The notes under the pieces are model-generated. The model saw only the letters and a program-made list of their open reading frames with translations, was not told the DNA's origin and ran no database searches. A DNA stretch of 64,000 nucleotides, from the NCBI GenBank assembly GCA_025786725.1, contig JAHLTZ010000024.1, positions 1 through 64,000 of the forward strand, in the 5' to 3' direction. The translations under genes were made by a program, and so were the position numbers. The stretch's first letter is position 1, and each line of letters opens with the position of its first letter. This document shows, piece after piece, positions 63,790 through 64,000 of the stretch. This DNA comes from Syncephalis fuscata S228 (Eukaryota; Fungi; Zoopagomycota).

Positions 63790-64000
63790 TATTAAATAGG
63801 CTGCGCACGACGTTTAGGAACGGTCAACTAGGCCAGCGATTAATGCCAAGCGCAAGCAAGACGTAACCTAACCGGCAAATAAAACAACAATAACAATAGT
63901 CACAAAAGGGGTTTTTAAAAGTAGTAGTAACAACAATAGAAATAACAACAATAGAAATATGCTAAGGTATTAGCAACAGCGGCGTAGGAATAAAATAAAC

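Noticed and set aside
1-64000. tRNA, rRNA or telomeric repeat arrays
   Set aside because: None recognisable by eye; only short microsatellites ((TA)n, (TG)n, (AAT)n)

Overview
AT-rich, intron-dense eukaryotic DNA with short GT-AG introns. Gene content and style suggest an early-diverging fungus; this is an inference. Housekeeping genes: kinesin-1 (5' part), RPP40, PEX7, OST3/OST6, a formin, TIP41, eRF1, an MFSD10-like MFS transporter, a TBC Rab-GAP, PSD1, a three-domain methyltransferase, RTC3 and a Hal/Hrk-type kinase. About 22 kb of nested inverted repeats is interleaved with them. One ~500-bp palindromic core (~220-bp arms around an asymmetric 45-56-nt AT-rich loop) occurs three times and joins two kinds of flank, A and B, in all three combinations: A-core-A (a ~4.96-kb palindrome, 5132-10088), B-core-B (22578-24336) and B-core-A (41407-41912 and flanks). 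The long B flank carries an intact FHA-less, non-RD, Mek1/Chk2-like kinase and MITE-like foldbacks. It is present twice, as a ~7.1-kb near-identical inverted repeat around a 4.5-kb two-gene spacer. The layout fits A-core-B units whose palindromic cores recombine, inverting the 15.8-kb OST3-formin-TIP41-eRF1 block and flipping the loop, with arm-to-arm homogenisation. Also seen: a U12-type AT-AC intron in the formin, an 8-nt microexon in the kinase catalytic loop, and scattered single-base frameshifts (including in eRF1) that are probably consensus errors. All alignments were done by eye, so repeat boundaries are approximate.
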